Positions 44,921 through 61,219 of a stretch of DNA of 64,000 bases are shown piece by piece (the stretch's first letter is position 1; the number at the start of each line of letters is the position of its first letter). Source of the DNA: the human T2T-CHM13v2.0 reference genome, Homo sapiens; assembly GCF_009914755.1 (NCBI RefSeq), contig NC_060926.1; one strand, 5' to 3'. The translations under genes and the position numbers were made by a program. Under the pieces are notes generated by a model. The model made no database searches, was not told the DNA's origin, and worked only from the letters and a program-made list of their open reading frames with translations.

Positions 44921-44930
44921 ATAGATAGAT

Positions 44931-44974
<44 letters not shown>
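44921..44974. repeat. GATA tetranucleotide STR ((GATA)11 at 44931-44974), preceded by short CAA and TA runs
   Basis: Direct read. Confidence 0.95.
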
Positions 44975-44976
<2 letters not shown>

Positions 44977-45533
44977 GATATTGTTCAGCTGAAATCTCAA
45001 AACAATCATTTAAACTGAAGTTCTCCATGAAGCCAACCCACCCAGAAGTAACTCATCCCTTTTTTAACACTCAGAGAACTATTCAAGTATGGATCTTAAT
45101 GCATTTAATATTTCATACATTTTATTATAACTATTTGAGTATATATGCAAATGCAAATATATATTTTGTACACACGCACTCACACACATATTCTACCATT
45201 CTATCTACTGGATCCTTAGCTCATTCAGAGTAGGGTTCTGTTGTTTTTCTTTACATTTCCCAGCATATAGGTACTCACCAACATCAGTTAAATGAATGGA
45301 TGAATATGTTAATATAAATATAAAAGCTAACAGAGCGATTTCAAATAGGCCACTGCTTTGCTGGACCTCCCAGCGGGTAGCGTGCTAGGATATTGAAGAC
45401 ATCCTTGTCAATGGTTTACACTGCCTGGTTTCAGCCTACATTTTGGCAAATGCAATGGATGGTTTTGTTTCAAGTTTGTATTTATTGCATGGTCACACTA
45501 TAGAGGATTAAGGAGCAACAGGATGTAAGAAGG

Positions 45534-47888
45534 TGATACAGTTTGGATGTTTTGTCCCCTCCAAATCTCAGGTTGAAATGTGATCTCCAGTGTTGGAAGT
45601 GGGCCTGGTGAAAGGTGAATGGATCATGAGGGCAGATCCTTTATGAATGGTTTGGCACCATCCCCTTAGTGATAAGTGAGTTCTCACTCAGTTAGTTTAC
45701 CTGAGATCTGGTTGTCTAAAAGAGTCTGGGACCTCACCCTTTTCTCTCTTGCTCCTGCTCTCACCATGCTTGCTCCCCCTTTGCCTTCTACCATGATTGG
45801 AAACTTCCTGAGGCCCTCACCAGGAGCAGATGCTGAAGCCATGCTTGTATAGCTTGCAGAACTGTAAACCAGTTAAACCTGTTTTCTTTACAAACTACCC
45901 AGCTCCAGGTATTTCTTTATAGCAATGCAACAATGGGCTAATAAAATTGATAAGTAGTGGGGCTTTGCTGAAAAGATATCTGATGATGTGGAAGCAGCTT
46001 TGGAACTGGGTAACAGAGTCTGGAAGAGTTCGGAGGGCTCAGAAAAAGATAGGAAGATGAGGGGAAGTCTGGAACTTCTTGCAGACTAGCTAAATGGTTG
46101 TGATCAAAATGCAGATGGAAATATGGATGATGAAGGCCAGCTTGATAAGGTCTCAGATGGCAATGAGAAACTTATTGGGAACTGGAGGAAAGATCACCCT
46201 TGTTACTCCCTAGTAAAGAACTTGACTTCATTGTGTCCATGTCCTAGGGCTTTGTGGAAGTTCAAACTCAAGAGTGATTACCTACAGTATCTGGCAGAAG
46301 AAATTTCTAGGCAGCAAAGCATTCAAAAAGTGACATGCCTGCTTCTAACACCCTAAATCAGATGCAGGAGCAAAGGAACGACTTAAAGTTGGAATTCATA
46401 TTTAAAAGGGAAGCAGAGCATAAAAGTTTGGAAAATTTGCAGCCTGGTACTGAGGTAGAGAAAGAATCCAAGTGGTCTGGATAGCAACCACTTGCTAGAG
46501 AGATTAGCATGACTAAAAGGGAGCATGACTAGATGCGAAGTCATTTCAGAAAACTTTGATGCAGCCTCTCCCATCACAGGCCCAGAGACCTACAGGGAAA
46601 GAATGGTTTTGGGACCAGGCCTGGGTGCTGCTGCCCTGTGCAGCCTCATGACACTGCTTCCTGCATCCAGGCTGCTCCAGCTACACCCAAGGCTGAAAGG
46701 GCACAAGATACTGCTTGGGCTGCCACTCTGGAGAGCATAAGTCATAAGCCCTTGGTGGCTTCCATGTGTTAAGCCTGCAGGCACATAGAATGCAAGCAAG
46801 AAGGCTTGGCAACTTCTGCCTAGATTTCAGAGGTGGTACGGGAAAACCCTAGGTGCCCAGGCAGAAGCCTGCTGCAGGACAGATTACCCATAGATAAACT
46901 CTATTACGGCACTGCTGAAAGAAATGTAGGGTTAGAACTGCCACACAGAGTCCTCACCAAGGCACTGCCTAGTGGAGCTGTGGGAAAGGGACAGCTGCCT
47001 TCCAGACCCAAGAATGGTAGAGGCACCAGCAGTTTGCAGCCTCAGTGTGGAAAGGCCATAGGCACCAAGCTCCGACCCATGAGAGCATACACAGGAGCTG
47101 TACCCTGCAATGCCACAGGGGTGGAGCTGCCCAAGGCCTTGAGAGTCCACCCCTCACAGTAAGATGTGGGACATGGAGTTAAAAGAGATTGTTTTGGAGC
47201 TTTAAGATTTAATGTTTGCCCTGCTGGGTTTCAGACGTGTGGGGCCTATTGCTCCTTTCTTTTGGTCAATTTCTCCCTTTTAGAATGGGAATATTTACCC
47301 ATCGCCTGTACTACCATTGTATCTTGGGAGTAAGTAACTTGTTTATCTTACAGGCTTATACGTGGAAGAAACTCATCTCCAGATAAGACTTTGGACTTTG
47401 GACCTGAGGCTTTTGAGTCAATAATGGACAAGTTAAGACTTTGGGGGACTACTGGGAAGGCATGGTTGTATTAAAATGTGAGAAGTACATGAGATTTGGG
47501 GAGTTAGGGGCAGAATAATATGGTTTGGATGTTTGTCTCCTCCAAATCTCATGCTGAAATGTGATTCCCAATGTTGGAGATGGTGGGAGCTGGTGGGAGA
47601 TGACTAGATCATGGAGGTGGGTCCCTCATTAATGGTTTAGTACCATCCATTGGTGATAACCAAGTTCTTGCTCAGTTCATGTAAGATCTGGTTGTTTAGA
47701 AGAGTCTGGGACCTCCCCCTCCTCTCTCTCTTGCTCTCGTTCTCACCATGTGACGTGCTTGCTCCCTTTTCACCTTCTGCCATGATTGCGAGCTTCCTGA
47801 GGCCCTCACCAGGAGCAGATGCTGGAGGCATGCTTGTACAGCCTGCAGAACCATGAGCCAATTAAATATTTTCTTTACAAATCATCCC
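45534..47888 (+). mobile_element. Near full-length MST (MSTB-like) MaLR: LTR 45534-45944, internal ~45945-47515, 3' LTR 47516-47888 (end truncated)
   Basis: Two homologous LTRs beginning t(g/a)ata(c/t)(a/g)gtttggatgttt..tccaaatctca flank MaLR internal sequence (gtggaagcagctttggaactgggtaacag...), with a polypurine tract before the second LTR. Confidence 0.88.
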
Positions 47889-48581
47889 TGTTTAGTTTGT
47901 TTGCAATTTGATGAAATAAGCTTTGCAAAGTTAAGCCAGATTTTTTTTTTACACCAGTTTCCAGAACATCATACTTGATATGAATATTCTTCCTACAGCC
48001 TATAACTAGTGGATCTTTTATGCAGAAGACAGAAACAGGTATCTACTTTTTCTTTTTTAAAACTATATGCAATTACTAAAATATTATTAGACATATAACA
48101 ATGACAAAAAAGGTATACAAAATGAAAAAGAGGAAAAAGAAACCATTGTCAATTCTACTACCAAAAAGTAACTACTGTTAACACTTTAATTTATATTCTT
48201 TGAGATTTTTTTTCCTGACTCTATAGATGTGGCACATGCAAGTATGGGTTTGCCCCCTTTCTCTACTTCTTTGAATACAAATGGTTACAGCAGGTGCCAC
48301 CATATTAGTACTAAGTAACAACATTACCCTCTACTATAGTTGTTTGGTTAGGTCCATGGATTGACAGTGACCCAAACTGGACCATTCAGAGTTACCCTCT
48401 CTCTGAGGATGAAGCTGCTGGAAATAATTTTTGACCTTGTGAAATAAGAAACTGGGAAAACAGTCCAGAGTGAGAGAGATGCATAGAAAGAAAGAGACAA
48501 GAGAGAGCCCTGGCAGCATCCAAGTGTCTGGTTCCAATTATCCTAAGGCCTGGAGAAAACTAAACTTCCTTTAGTTTCCCT

Positions 48582-49000
48582 GGTAGAGCAGATGCTACAG
48601 TATGCTGCTTCACAGATCCTCCCCATCAGGACCAAGGTATCCACTGCCCCAGATGCCAGGAGAGTCGGTTACTGATGGCTCAAAGCTGAGTCAGTTCCCA
48701 GGATTTGCCCTTGTACTAAGGCAGTTGTTTGGACCAAGGCTGCACACCTTTCCAGGATTATCCTACAAGTAATTATTGGTTAATATGTCGATATAAAGGT
48801 CTGAGTCCCTTGCCTCAAAAGGGAACAATGCCAGAGCTCACCATGGAATTAACTGTAGCATGGGTTGCACTGGCATCTCAGTTAAACTTTGCCCTTTGCT
48901 CAGTCCTGCTTCCTTCACTCTGTTACAGGTATTGATTCAAAGAGCACTGCCCAGAAAACTTTCTGTCTCCATCTGTTTCCTGGGAAGACTAACTTAAGCC
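48582..49000 (+). mobile_element. LTR16-like ERVL LTR
   Basis: gtagagcagatgc...cagatcctccccatcaggaccaagg...cagtcctgcttccttcac. Confidence 0.55.
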
Positions 49001-49096
49001 AGTGGGTTTGGCAGAGCTGTCTAAATGTCCCACATAATGCATTCTTTCTTTCTTCCTCTGTAATATGGCATATAATGTATCATAATAAATCACTCT

Positions 49097-49400
<304 letters not shown>

Positions 49401-49667
49401 TAACACTCCATCATTAGTACTTAAGTTAGCACAAGTGGCTTCCTGTTATTTGCAACCAAAAGGGCTCTAACTAACATATTATTTGGTTATGATAAATTTC
49501 TCAAAGTAACTGATGTTACACAAGGACGATACATTTTTAAGATTTTAATCCCCATTGCCACATTATTCTTCAGAAATATTGCACCAACTTACATTCTCAT
49601 TAATAGTATGCCAAAGTAACCATTTCTTAGACTCTGTCCAACTCTGATATTATCCTTTTTTCACTTT

Positions 49668-50270
49668 TTCATTCAATAAATGTTTATTGAGTGTCCACTA
49701 TGTGCCTGGCTATGTACTAGGAGCTGGGGATAAATCCTTACCACAATGGAGCTTCCATTCTAGGTGTGAAGAGATAGACAATAAACAAGATAAGTAAGTG
49801 GTATTGTACACTAGAAGGTGGCAAATGTCATGGAGACACATGACACAGGAGGCAACGGCAGTGCAGGAGGTGAGGGGCATCCATGTTAAGTGCTGGGGTC
49901 AGGGATGCCCTCTCTGAGAAGATGGCTTTCAGCTAAGATTGGAAGAAGGTAAAGGAAAAAGGCGTAGACATACTGGTAGGGGTGGAGGGGGGTTCGAGGG
50001 GAAGAGCATCTGGGGCAGAGAAAACAGCCAGGACCAAGTTTTGGAGACTGGAGTACGCCTGTTATGTTCAAGCAATAGCAACAAGGCAGTATGCAAGAGG
50101 CAGGGGCAAAGGGAGCAAGTGGGAGAGTGGGGGATGAGGTTAGTGAGGTAATGAGGGCTGCCACATCGTCCTGAGGATGGTGGCTTTCTCTTGGTGAGAT
50201 GGAGAGCCACTGGAGAGATTTCAGCAGAAGAGTAAATTGTTCCCATTTATGATTTGAAGGGCGCATCCTG
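49668..50270 (-). mobile_element. L2a
   Basis: ttcattcaataaatgtttattgagtgtccactatgtgcctggc...gagccactggagagatttcagcag. Confidence 0.75.
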
Positions 50271-50289
50271 GCATTAAGAGAAGATTACA

Positions 50290-50600
50290 GGCAGGCGCAA
50301 TGGTTCACACCTGTAATCCTAGCACTTTGGGAGGCCGAGGTGGGTGGATCACTTGAGGTCAGGAGTTCGACACCAGCCTGGCCAACATGGCGAAAACCTG
50401 TCTCTACTAAAAATACAAAAATTAGCTGGGCATGGTGGTGCGTGCCTGTAGTCCCAGATACTCTGGAGGCTGAAGCATGAGAATCGCTTGAACCTGAGAG
50501 GCAGAGGTTGCAATGACCGAGATGGCGGCACTGCACTCTAGCCTGGGCAACAGAGGGATACTCTGTCTCAAAAACAAAGAAAGAAAAAGAAAAGAAAAGA
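50290..50600 (+). mobile_element. AluS
   Basis: TSD aaga(g/a)aaga(t/c)tacag. Confidence 0.92.
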
Positions 50601-50603
50601 CTA

Positions 50604-50937
50604 CAGCCTTGCATCACTTAATGATCGGGTACTATTCTGAGAAATGCATCATTAGGTGATTTCATCATTGTGTGACCACCATAGAGTGAACTTAGACAAA
50701 CTTAGATGGTGTGACCTACTACACACCTAGACTATATGATATGGCCTATTGCTCCTAGGCTACAAACCTGTACAGCATGTTATTGGACTGAATACTGTAG
50801 GCAATTGTAAGACAATGGTGTTTGTGTATTTAAACACAGAAAAGGTACAGTAAAAATACAGTATTATAATCTTACGGGACCACTGTATTGTATGTGGCCT
50901 GTCATTGATTGAAACATTGTTTTGCAGCACATGGCTG
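50604..50937. mobile_element. Tigger3a-like (MER7) element
   Basis: TA-flanked cagccttgcatcacttaatga ... gcagcacatggctg. Confidence 0.8.
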
Positions 50938-50966
50938 TATAGTGAAAGTAAAATTGGAAGTAGGAT

Positions 50967-51071
50967 GTGCTGGCTCTGCCAGTGCATACACTAAAATTGG
51001 AGCTATATAGAGAAAATTAGCACGATCCTGTGCAAGAATGACATGCAAATTCCTGAAGCATTTGATATTTT
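50967..51071 (+). pseudogene. U6 snRNA retropseudogene (full length, diverged)
   Basis: gtgctggctctgccagtgcatacactaaaattggagctatatagagaaaattagcac...gatatttt aligns to U6; TSD aatt(g/a)gaagtagga. Confidence 0.9.
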
Positions 51072-52504
51072 AAAAATACATTTTTAAAAATATTAGAAGT
51101 AGGAGAGCAGGTAGAAGACTTTGCCTATCTGCTTGACCAAAACTAATATTTCTTTATTGTTTATTTTGCATCCAAACATTTTACATATAAATTGGTTGTT
51201 TGTATTTCTTCTATTGGGAATGGCCTATTTAAGACATTGGGTGATTTTTCTATTAGAATATTTACCTTTTTGTATGAATTTTCAATGATATTAAAAATGT
51301 AGCTCTTTTTCATATATGTATAGTTCTCTGTCCCCAGTTGTTATTTCAGTTTAATGCTGTTTATGATTCTTTTTAGATAAAGACATGTTTCATTTTTATG
51401 AGAACAGATTTTTAAAAAACATTTTTTTAGGGGTTCTATATGTAATATCATACTTGGTATTTTGCCAAGATTACTGCTGCAGTCTAGGCTTTTTTGTTTG
51501 CAAGAAATAGAAGCAGGGTTAATTAAAGGGAAATTAATTATAATACAGGGGATTTGAACTGGAACCCAGACGCAGAAAATTTAGCCAGGCTTCATGAGAT
51601 ATTGGGAACCAGGAACTGAAACCTTGTCCAGAATCAAAACATCTTTATCCATTTCTCTAAGCTTGCCTTCTCTCTCCTCTCTGCTTCTCTCTAAGCAACT
51701 GCTTCATTCTCCTTTCCTCCTCTTTGATAAGTTGTTTATCCATACACATCGCTCTGATGTAGCCACCTCAGTTCCAAAACCACTGACAAGTGGACTAGTA
51801 TCTCTGTGCCCCAATTTCAATTTGTGGAAAACAGAAGCTGATTCACACAGTTCATCTAGTAGATTGGCTCGTCCAGAGGTCAAGTTCCTGTCTCCGCCCA
51901 TCTCCCAACAAATGAGCTGTGGCCAGGGAGTATGGAAGTCACAAGATACAAGGGGCTTATCTTGAGGGGGGCATGTACAGAAAGAGCTTTTCTCACAGGG
52001 AATATGGGATATGTGTTGAGTCTTTGCCATAAAAGAATATAATCCACATTCATATATTTTATTCTAGTACTTTTACGGTTTTTAAACTTTCCATATATCT
52101 AAAATAAATTTTTGTGTTAGGTATGCTTTAGAACTCTCACATTATTTTATATTGTATTTTATTGCAAAAGGTTAGCCAGTTGTCCCAAAAAGTGATAGAA
52201 AAAATAAATTGAACATGTGCCCAAATTGCTATTGAAATGAACCAGATGTCTTAATTTTTAGATTGTTTAAAATGCTTTTGACAAGTACGGCTATTTAAAT
52301 AAGGTTTATCTGATTGTTGGAAATTTATCATGGTTATATGTTTGTTGTTGTTCCTTACCAATTAGAAAACAGACCAAAGGCTAGGATCATACCAACATGA
52401 TTACTCTACATAATGGCTCATCAATACAAAAAGGATATGGGAGCCTCCCCGAGGCCACCATGTTTACAAAATCCTTGTCCAGAACTTGGTGAAGAAATAG
52501 CTGT

Positions 52505-52690
52505 TGGTCAAAGGGTACAAATGTTCAGTTATAAGATGAAAAAGTTTTGGTTATCTAAGGTACAGCATGGGTGGTCGTGGATATGTTAATTAATTTGATT
52601 TTGGCAATCCTTACACAATGCATATGTATAACAAGTCATCACATTGTACACCTTGAATATATACAATCTTTGTCAATTAAATATTTTTTA
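52505..52690 (+). mobile_element. L1MA-like 3' fragment
   Basis: tggtcaaagggtacaaa..tcagttataagatgaa...cacattgtacaccttgaatatatac. Confidence 0.65.
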
Positions 52691-53496
52691 AAATCACTCA
52701 GAAAGTTTTAAACGTAAAGTTTCCCATGTTGAAAAGAAAATAAGTTAAAGAGAGAAAGAAAGAAAAGAAAAGGAAAACCCAGCTGACTTCAGAAAGGCAC
52801 CATCAGGCAAGTGACAACCATATCTTTCCCATCCTTTTTTACCTGTGAAAAAGGAGGGTCTGTGCACTGAATAAATCAGAGATTGTAGAAGCAGAAACCA
52901 TCCAAACAAATTTTACGATCTGACAAGATTGTTATCATTATTTATTTCTAGGGGGTGTGTCATTGCCCAACAATATCGTTTTAAAGTTCATTATATCATA
53001 AATTTAAAAAAAAAACCTAGTCAAATAACTGTAGCCTAAATGTCACAGTTGAAGTAGATGATTTCTAATGTTTCCTAATGATTTTTAATGTTCCTACAAA
53101 TGTAAAAATCCTTTACAAACGTAAAAGTTCTAGTGAATTTACTGATTTACCAGTTTCCCATGTAAAAATGCATTGGGCTATATGAAACCATTAATCAGAT
53201 ATTGTATTCCCCAAAGGCATTTAAAATCCACCAAAGTCAACACCTTCAAAGACTAATTTACCAAAGGCTCACTAAGAAATTAGCACACATTTAATAATTA
53301 TTTCAATAGAAAAGCAAACTATTTCTGTATAATGTAAACCATGAAGTGGACACTGCACATGAGCACACGATAATATGATTTCCAAGAAAGTATTATCTTA
53401 AGACTGGGCAGTGACTGAAAGAGGAGAGGGATAGTCATCTCTTTTCCAATTCTGTAATGGAGACTGTAGAAAACATTTTAAACAGCGTATTAAAAA

Positions 53497-54545
<1,049 letters not shown>

Positions 54546-54968
54546 TTAATCTTGAGTGAAAGAACACAAGGAGAGAAAAAAAATTATTACTGTTGTTTCA
54601 GTCTAGCAAAGATGCCTTGAGTGAATCTCATGCTCCTTGGATCCCTAAAGCTGCCCTGGTTCTTGCTCGTGGTGAGCCTGGCTGTTTAGCTGATTTTATG
54701 AAAAACAGGCTTTTCCTCATCTTGTACTGGTAACAAATTTCACCCATCCCCCTTACTGCAGCATCTTTATCTCTAGATTCCATTGCCTCTAAACCAAAAT
54801 CTATTCCTCTTAAAATTTGGACATATGAGCCAATAACTCCACTTTTTGGCTTACTCTAGTTTGAGTCATGTTTCTCTCAGTCACAACTGAAATCACCCTG
54901 TGCCCAGTCTTCCCCACATCTGTTCTGTGTGTCATGTACCCAGTGCCAAGCATAAGGCCTGGGAATCA

Positions 54969-56000
<1,032 letters not shown>

Positions 56001-57624
56001 TGATAGAGTTGAGATGGAAAATGTGTTGATATGCTATCAATGAATGATATGCTAAAACCTCAGTTACTCAGTTACTACATGAAATGCCTAACTTCCCTGA
56101 GAAGCAGTTTTTTTCTTCACCATTTAACCAGGCAAATATAAAGTCTACATTCAGGCTCAAATACCTGGACATTAGACAGTTTAACAGAAGTTCATGGATT
56201 AAGGACTCCAAGTCTTCCCACTCCATATCTTGCTTTGAAAAAAGAAAATATGAAAAAATAAAAAAAATTTTAAAAGACTCTGAGTTAGGAAGTTGACATG
56301 AGATTAGCTGATGTCAAGTTCATTTTGAGCTGGTAAAATGGCAAGGCTATCATAAAACTTTCAAAGATGAGACTCCATTGCTAGAAGTAGTGTGTCTTAA
56401 TTATGGAAGATTATAATTTTTGAGTTCTCTCCTCAGCACCCATCAAAATAGAGTATGTACTCAGCACTTTGATGGGCTGGAAAGCCCTGGAGGAGGATGA
56501 GAAGAGAGACAACCATGTAATCTGAAGAACAGTTGAGAGCCTTTAAAAGGCTTGTTCTGAAATAACACAAGATGCAAAGCAGATGAAATAACAGTCTTCG
56601 GATACCAGAAGTACCGTCCTGTAGAAGAGGGATGGGACTTCACCTGACTTGCTCCTGAAGCCCTGGGAGGAAAGGCCTGGTGCAGACTCCAGCCCAGTGG
56701 GAGACATGCTCTTTCCCAGCGGCAGCTGCCTGGAGGGCCACAGTCCACTGGCCCCAAGAGGAGCCAGGTAAATGTCATTTCAGGGACACATGAACAAGGA
56801 ATTCTAAATGGGAGATAGGTGGATCATTCAGGAATGCTCTGTTTCATTTCCTATTCTAAAAACACATGACTCTTTTGAGATTTTTGTTTAGGTTTAAAGG
56901 AGGATAACCAAACACTAGACCGATGAATTGCAGTTTTTAAAAAGTAGAAGCAGCTGCCTGTTGGCTTTTGCCCTAAAGTCCCGTGGGAGTGGAAAGAGGC
57001 ATGACTGTTTCCCAGGACAGATTGTTCCCAACTGGTCTCACTTTCAGGATTGTGCCCACGTGGTCAAAGTTGAGTCTACTTTCCGTATTGCTGATGCCTG
57101 TGGCCATAGCCATGGAAGGACGTGGAAGAAGCCGTGGTCCTGCCCCTGTGTAAGATGAAGACTTGTGAAACCACTGGGTCATCGTTTTTCATTTTGGTCA
57201 CTTGCTGTCAGCCTTGGAGGCACAGGAAACAGAGTAGATGGTGCAAATCCGCCTGCAAGCGCATTTTCTTTCTAAAGAAAGTGTTGCCAGACTATTTGCT
57301 CACAGAACAACCACTGGCTAGATGAGCCCACACTAAGTAAACACAAAGGAATTAAATCAGGTGGATCCGAATTCCTCTGTTTATTTACTCCACAGTGAAA
57401 ATGGCTTACTTTTTCTTTAAAAAAAGAACTTTGTTCTCAAAAGCTGCCCCACCTCTAATGCTACTTTTTTAAAAAGAAAAAATATACATATAAGAAGATA
57501 CATTAAAAGGCTATTGTTCAAAAAATCTATTTCTTGTACGTTGTAGATTTAAATAGTGGTGAAAAACAGCCCATGAAATCTTTGATATACATGTGTGTTT
57601 GTAGGGAAAAAAAAGTAAATATCA

Positions 57625-57941
<317 letters not shown>

Positions 57942-58525
57942 TTAATTAAATACACCTTGTTTAACTAAATAGAGGCAGCAAGAGGGGGGAGTTGCCCTGG
58001 ATTATTTTTGTTTGTTTGTTTTGGGGTTTGTTTTTTCTGATTATAAGAGCAATATATGATCATGGTAGGAAAATCTGGAAAATTATGAAGCTTTCTATGT
58101 TCACAGAATGAATATAAAACAAAAAAGTACATGTTTTAGGTGGCTAGTTTTACATTTATTAAATGTATTACTTAAAATAAAATGCTTTAAATGCCCTAAC
58201 AATAAGTGCTGGCTGGTTAATCTCCCTCTGAGGATCTCAGAGCAATTTACCAATACCCCTGCTCTGACTGTAAAAAGGGTATGATGAGTCTTCCGGACTT
58301 TAAAAGCATATTGATCCTTTCAAGCTCTTCAAGTACTCAGCACTGATTAATTCATTGGAAAGTAGTCTCAAAAGGGCATTGTTCTGATGCAGTCTATGCT
58401 TATAACTTTGTGGACTCCTTTGCTGGCAACCAAGACCCACTCAGAAAATTCTGGGTCAGAAAATAGAAGGCTAGCATTTAAAGATCCTCAGTTAAGTATA
58501 TGGCCAATTCATTTTTACTAAAATT

Positions 58526-58633
58526 GTGTTCTCTTGGGCAGCACATATACTAAAAAATTGGAACAATACAAAGAAGATTAGCATGGCCCCTATGGAAGGA
58601 TGACACACAAATTCATGACACATTGCATATTTT
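58526..58633 (+). pseudogene. U6 snRNA retropseudogene with A-rich tail
   Basis: ggcagcacatatactaaaaaattggaacaatacaaagaagattagcatggcccct..gaaggatgacacacaaattc aligns to U6. Confidence 0.93.
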
Positions 58634-58734
58634 AAAAAGAAAAATTAATAAATAAAATTATTTTGCTAATGGGGTTTCCTTCTTTGCATGTCTATGAATT
58701 GGAGACAGTTTAGCGCTTCCTAGCAGTCCTGAGC

Positions 58735-58856
58735 CCTGGGATTCCCTAAATGTGGTCCCTGAACAAGAAGCATTAATATTACCTGGGAATAGCAATCTGT
58801 GTTTCAATAAGCCCTCTAGGTGATCCGGAAGCACATGAAAGTTTGAGAATCACTGT
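58735..58856. mobile_element. MER5A-like fragment
   Basis: aatctgtgtttcaataagccctctaggtgatcc...aaagtttgagaatcactg. Confidence 0.65.
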
Positions 58857-60527
58857 CTTAGCTGTTTTCCCCCTGAATGCAGAAATTAGCTCCAATTGAC
58901 TCATGCTGTCAGACTTCATTTACGTGTGTATACCTGGATCTGGGGGATGATTATATGGGGACACATGTCCATAAAAATTCTCTGAGCTTTACACTTAAGA
59001 TACATACATTTTACTGAATTTAATTAAACCTAATGAAAAAAACAACACTGCTAAATTATATTTCTAAGAAAGTTGGTCGGGTTCAGCTTGTCTCTTGAAT
59101 AAAGGTGGTGAGATCCAAGGGCCTTGCCCATAGCATCACTGCCATGATGAGAGATTCCATGATACTGACAGCCAAGGACATCTGTGTGTAGCAACCCCAA
59201 AGACATATATTGACATTGTTTAGCAGTAAGTCAATCTCCAAGCAATAACCTCAACTTGTTTGACATCATCCTGGGTACATCTCTGAGTTGTGGGGCACAG
59301 CCACAGGAAACCCTAACATGAAACCAAAAGGGGCAGGTAGAAAAAAGTGCTGGACTTTTAAACTAGAGAAGGAAAGCATGAGAAACCTAGGAAGCAGTGA
59401 TTAAATGCAGCCAATCAGGTGGTACGTACAAGTGTTGGGCAAGAGAGAAGCTGTGGTCAAAGGCCGTAAGAGACACAGCAAGGACAGCAGAGCTGCCCAG
59501 GCAGCCTCTCTGCTGACATAGTCCATAGAAGACGGTTGTGGGAAAGAGGGAGGAAGAGTGACCCACAGGCCAAGAAGAGCTTCACAGGGCCACAGCTTTA
59601 GCAGCTGTCTGTCTGCTGTCTTGGCCCTAAGGATGAGGTGGAGACCCCTAAGAGCCCTGGTGTCAATTGTGCATCCAGTCTCAGAATCACAGAAATTCTG
59701 TTCCTCAGTGCTGAAGTGTTTTGTGTGTCCCTAAAGGAAAAGCACTCCCGGAGCTGCCAGGTTCCCATCCCGACCCATGAAGAACTGTCTTCTTGATTAA
59801 TCACCCCCTCTTCCACTGTCATGCAGGGAACTCACATTAGGCTTTGTATCTGGGCCCATTTTTGCTCATTGCCACACTGCTGGGAAATGGGGGCCATCCA
59901 CAGTGAACTGCAGTGAAAGAAAAGTTGAAGAAAAACTGCACCACCAGGTGGACCCAGAGTCCTGACTATACTGTGCCCATGTGCACAGCTGCCTGGATGC
60001 TCTCCCAGCCAGCTCCTGAGTCCTCAGAGTTGCTTCTGCTTTTCCTAGGCTCCTTATGTGAAATGTGACTTTTTTTCATGGAAGTACCCCCCATGAAGTA
60101 TTTCCCAGTCCTGCCCTGCTCAGTTGAAATGTAAATAAATTTGAAATTGTTCCTATCTAAATCAGTGAAGTATCCCTAAATTTCCTAGACCATTTCAACC
60201 TGAAAAGCAGTTCTAGGCATTTTTGGTTTTAGCTTCTGATGTTTCAATTTCATATTTCACTATGGTGGATGTTTGTTAGTTCCCTTGGCTACTGAGCATC
60301 CAAACTTTATTTCTCTGTTGGGTGAGTCTTCCATTGCATAAATCTTTGTGAGAAAAGGCCTCGCTCTCACTACAGAATTTCAAGGGGAGGGTACCCATTT
60401 CTCCATCCCTGAGGAGTCAGCATGAGGAGCTTGGGGGCTGAGCTCAGCCAATCAGATGCTGCCACTTGCAGCTTTAACTCCTGAGCAATAATGCAAAGAT
60501 CAAGACATCATTAAGAAATTATTCACT

Positions 60528-60837
60528 GGCCCAGCGCGGTGGGTCACGCCTGTAATCCCAGCACTTTGGGAGCCTGAGGTGGGTGGATCACAAGGTCAGG
60601 AGTTCAAAACCAGCCTGGCCAAGATGGTGAAACCCCATCTCTACTAAAAATGCAAAAATTAGCCAGGCGTGGTGGCGGTTGCCTGTAATCCCAGCTACTT
60701 GGGAGGCTGAGGCAGAGAATTGCTTGAACCCAGGAGGCAGAGTTTGCAGTGAGCCGAGACCGCACCACTGTACTCCAGCGTGGGTGACAGAGCAAGACTC
60801 CATCTCAAAGTAAAAAAAGAAAAGAAAAGAAAAGAAA
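60528..60837 (+). mobile_element. AluS
   Basis: TSD aagaaattattcac. Confidence 0.92.
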
Positions 60838-61219
60838 TTATTCACAGGGCTAACAGTGCAGAGTCTAGTGGGTAGTGGGTAGGGCCAGTGTCCACCGGCA
60901 GGTGAACTAGTAGCAGCTTCCTAGCTGCAAACTCTTTGGATTACAGCTCTTGGAACGTCCTAAAAATTCCTGCATGGCATGTCTTCTTAGTTCTTTGTCC
61001 CAAATTCTAGCTTTTCTTCTCAACTGTAGGCTAAATCAGACTCTAAGCCCATGTTTCTCTGTTTTTGGTCTCTGTCTGAGATACACAAAAGCAGGCATAG
61101 CAGCTGGATCAGAAGCACTTGAATTAGATGGCAATAAGTTTCCTTTTGTTTTCAGTAATGCTTTTACTGTCAATCATTAGAATAGTTCAGATTAGTTTGT
61201 GTTTTAGTGTTAAGCCATT

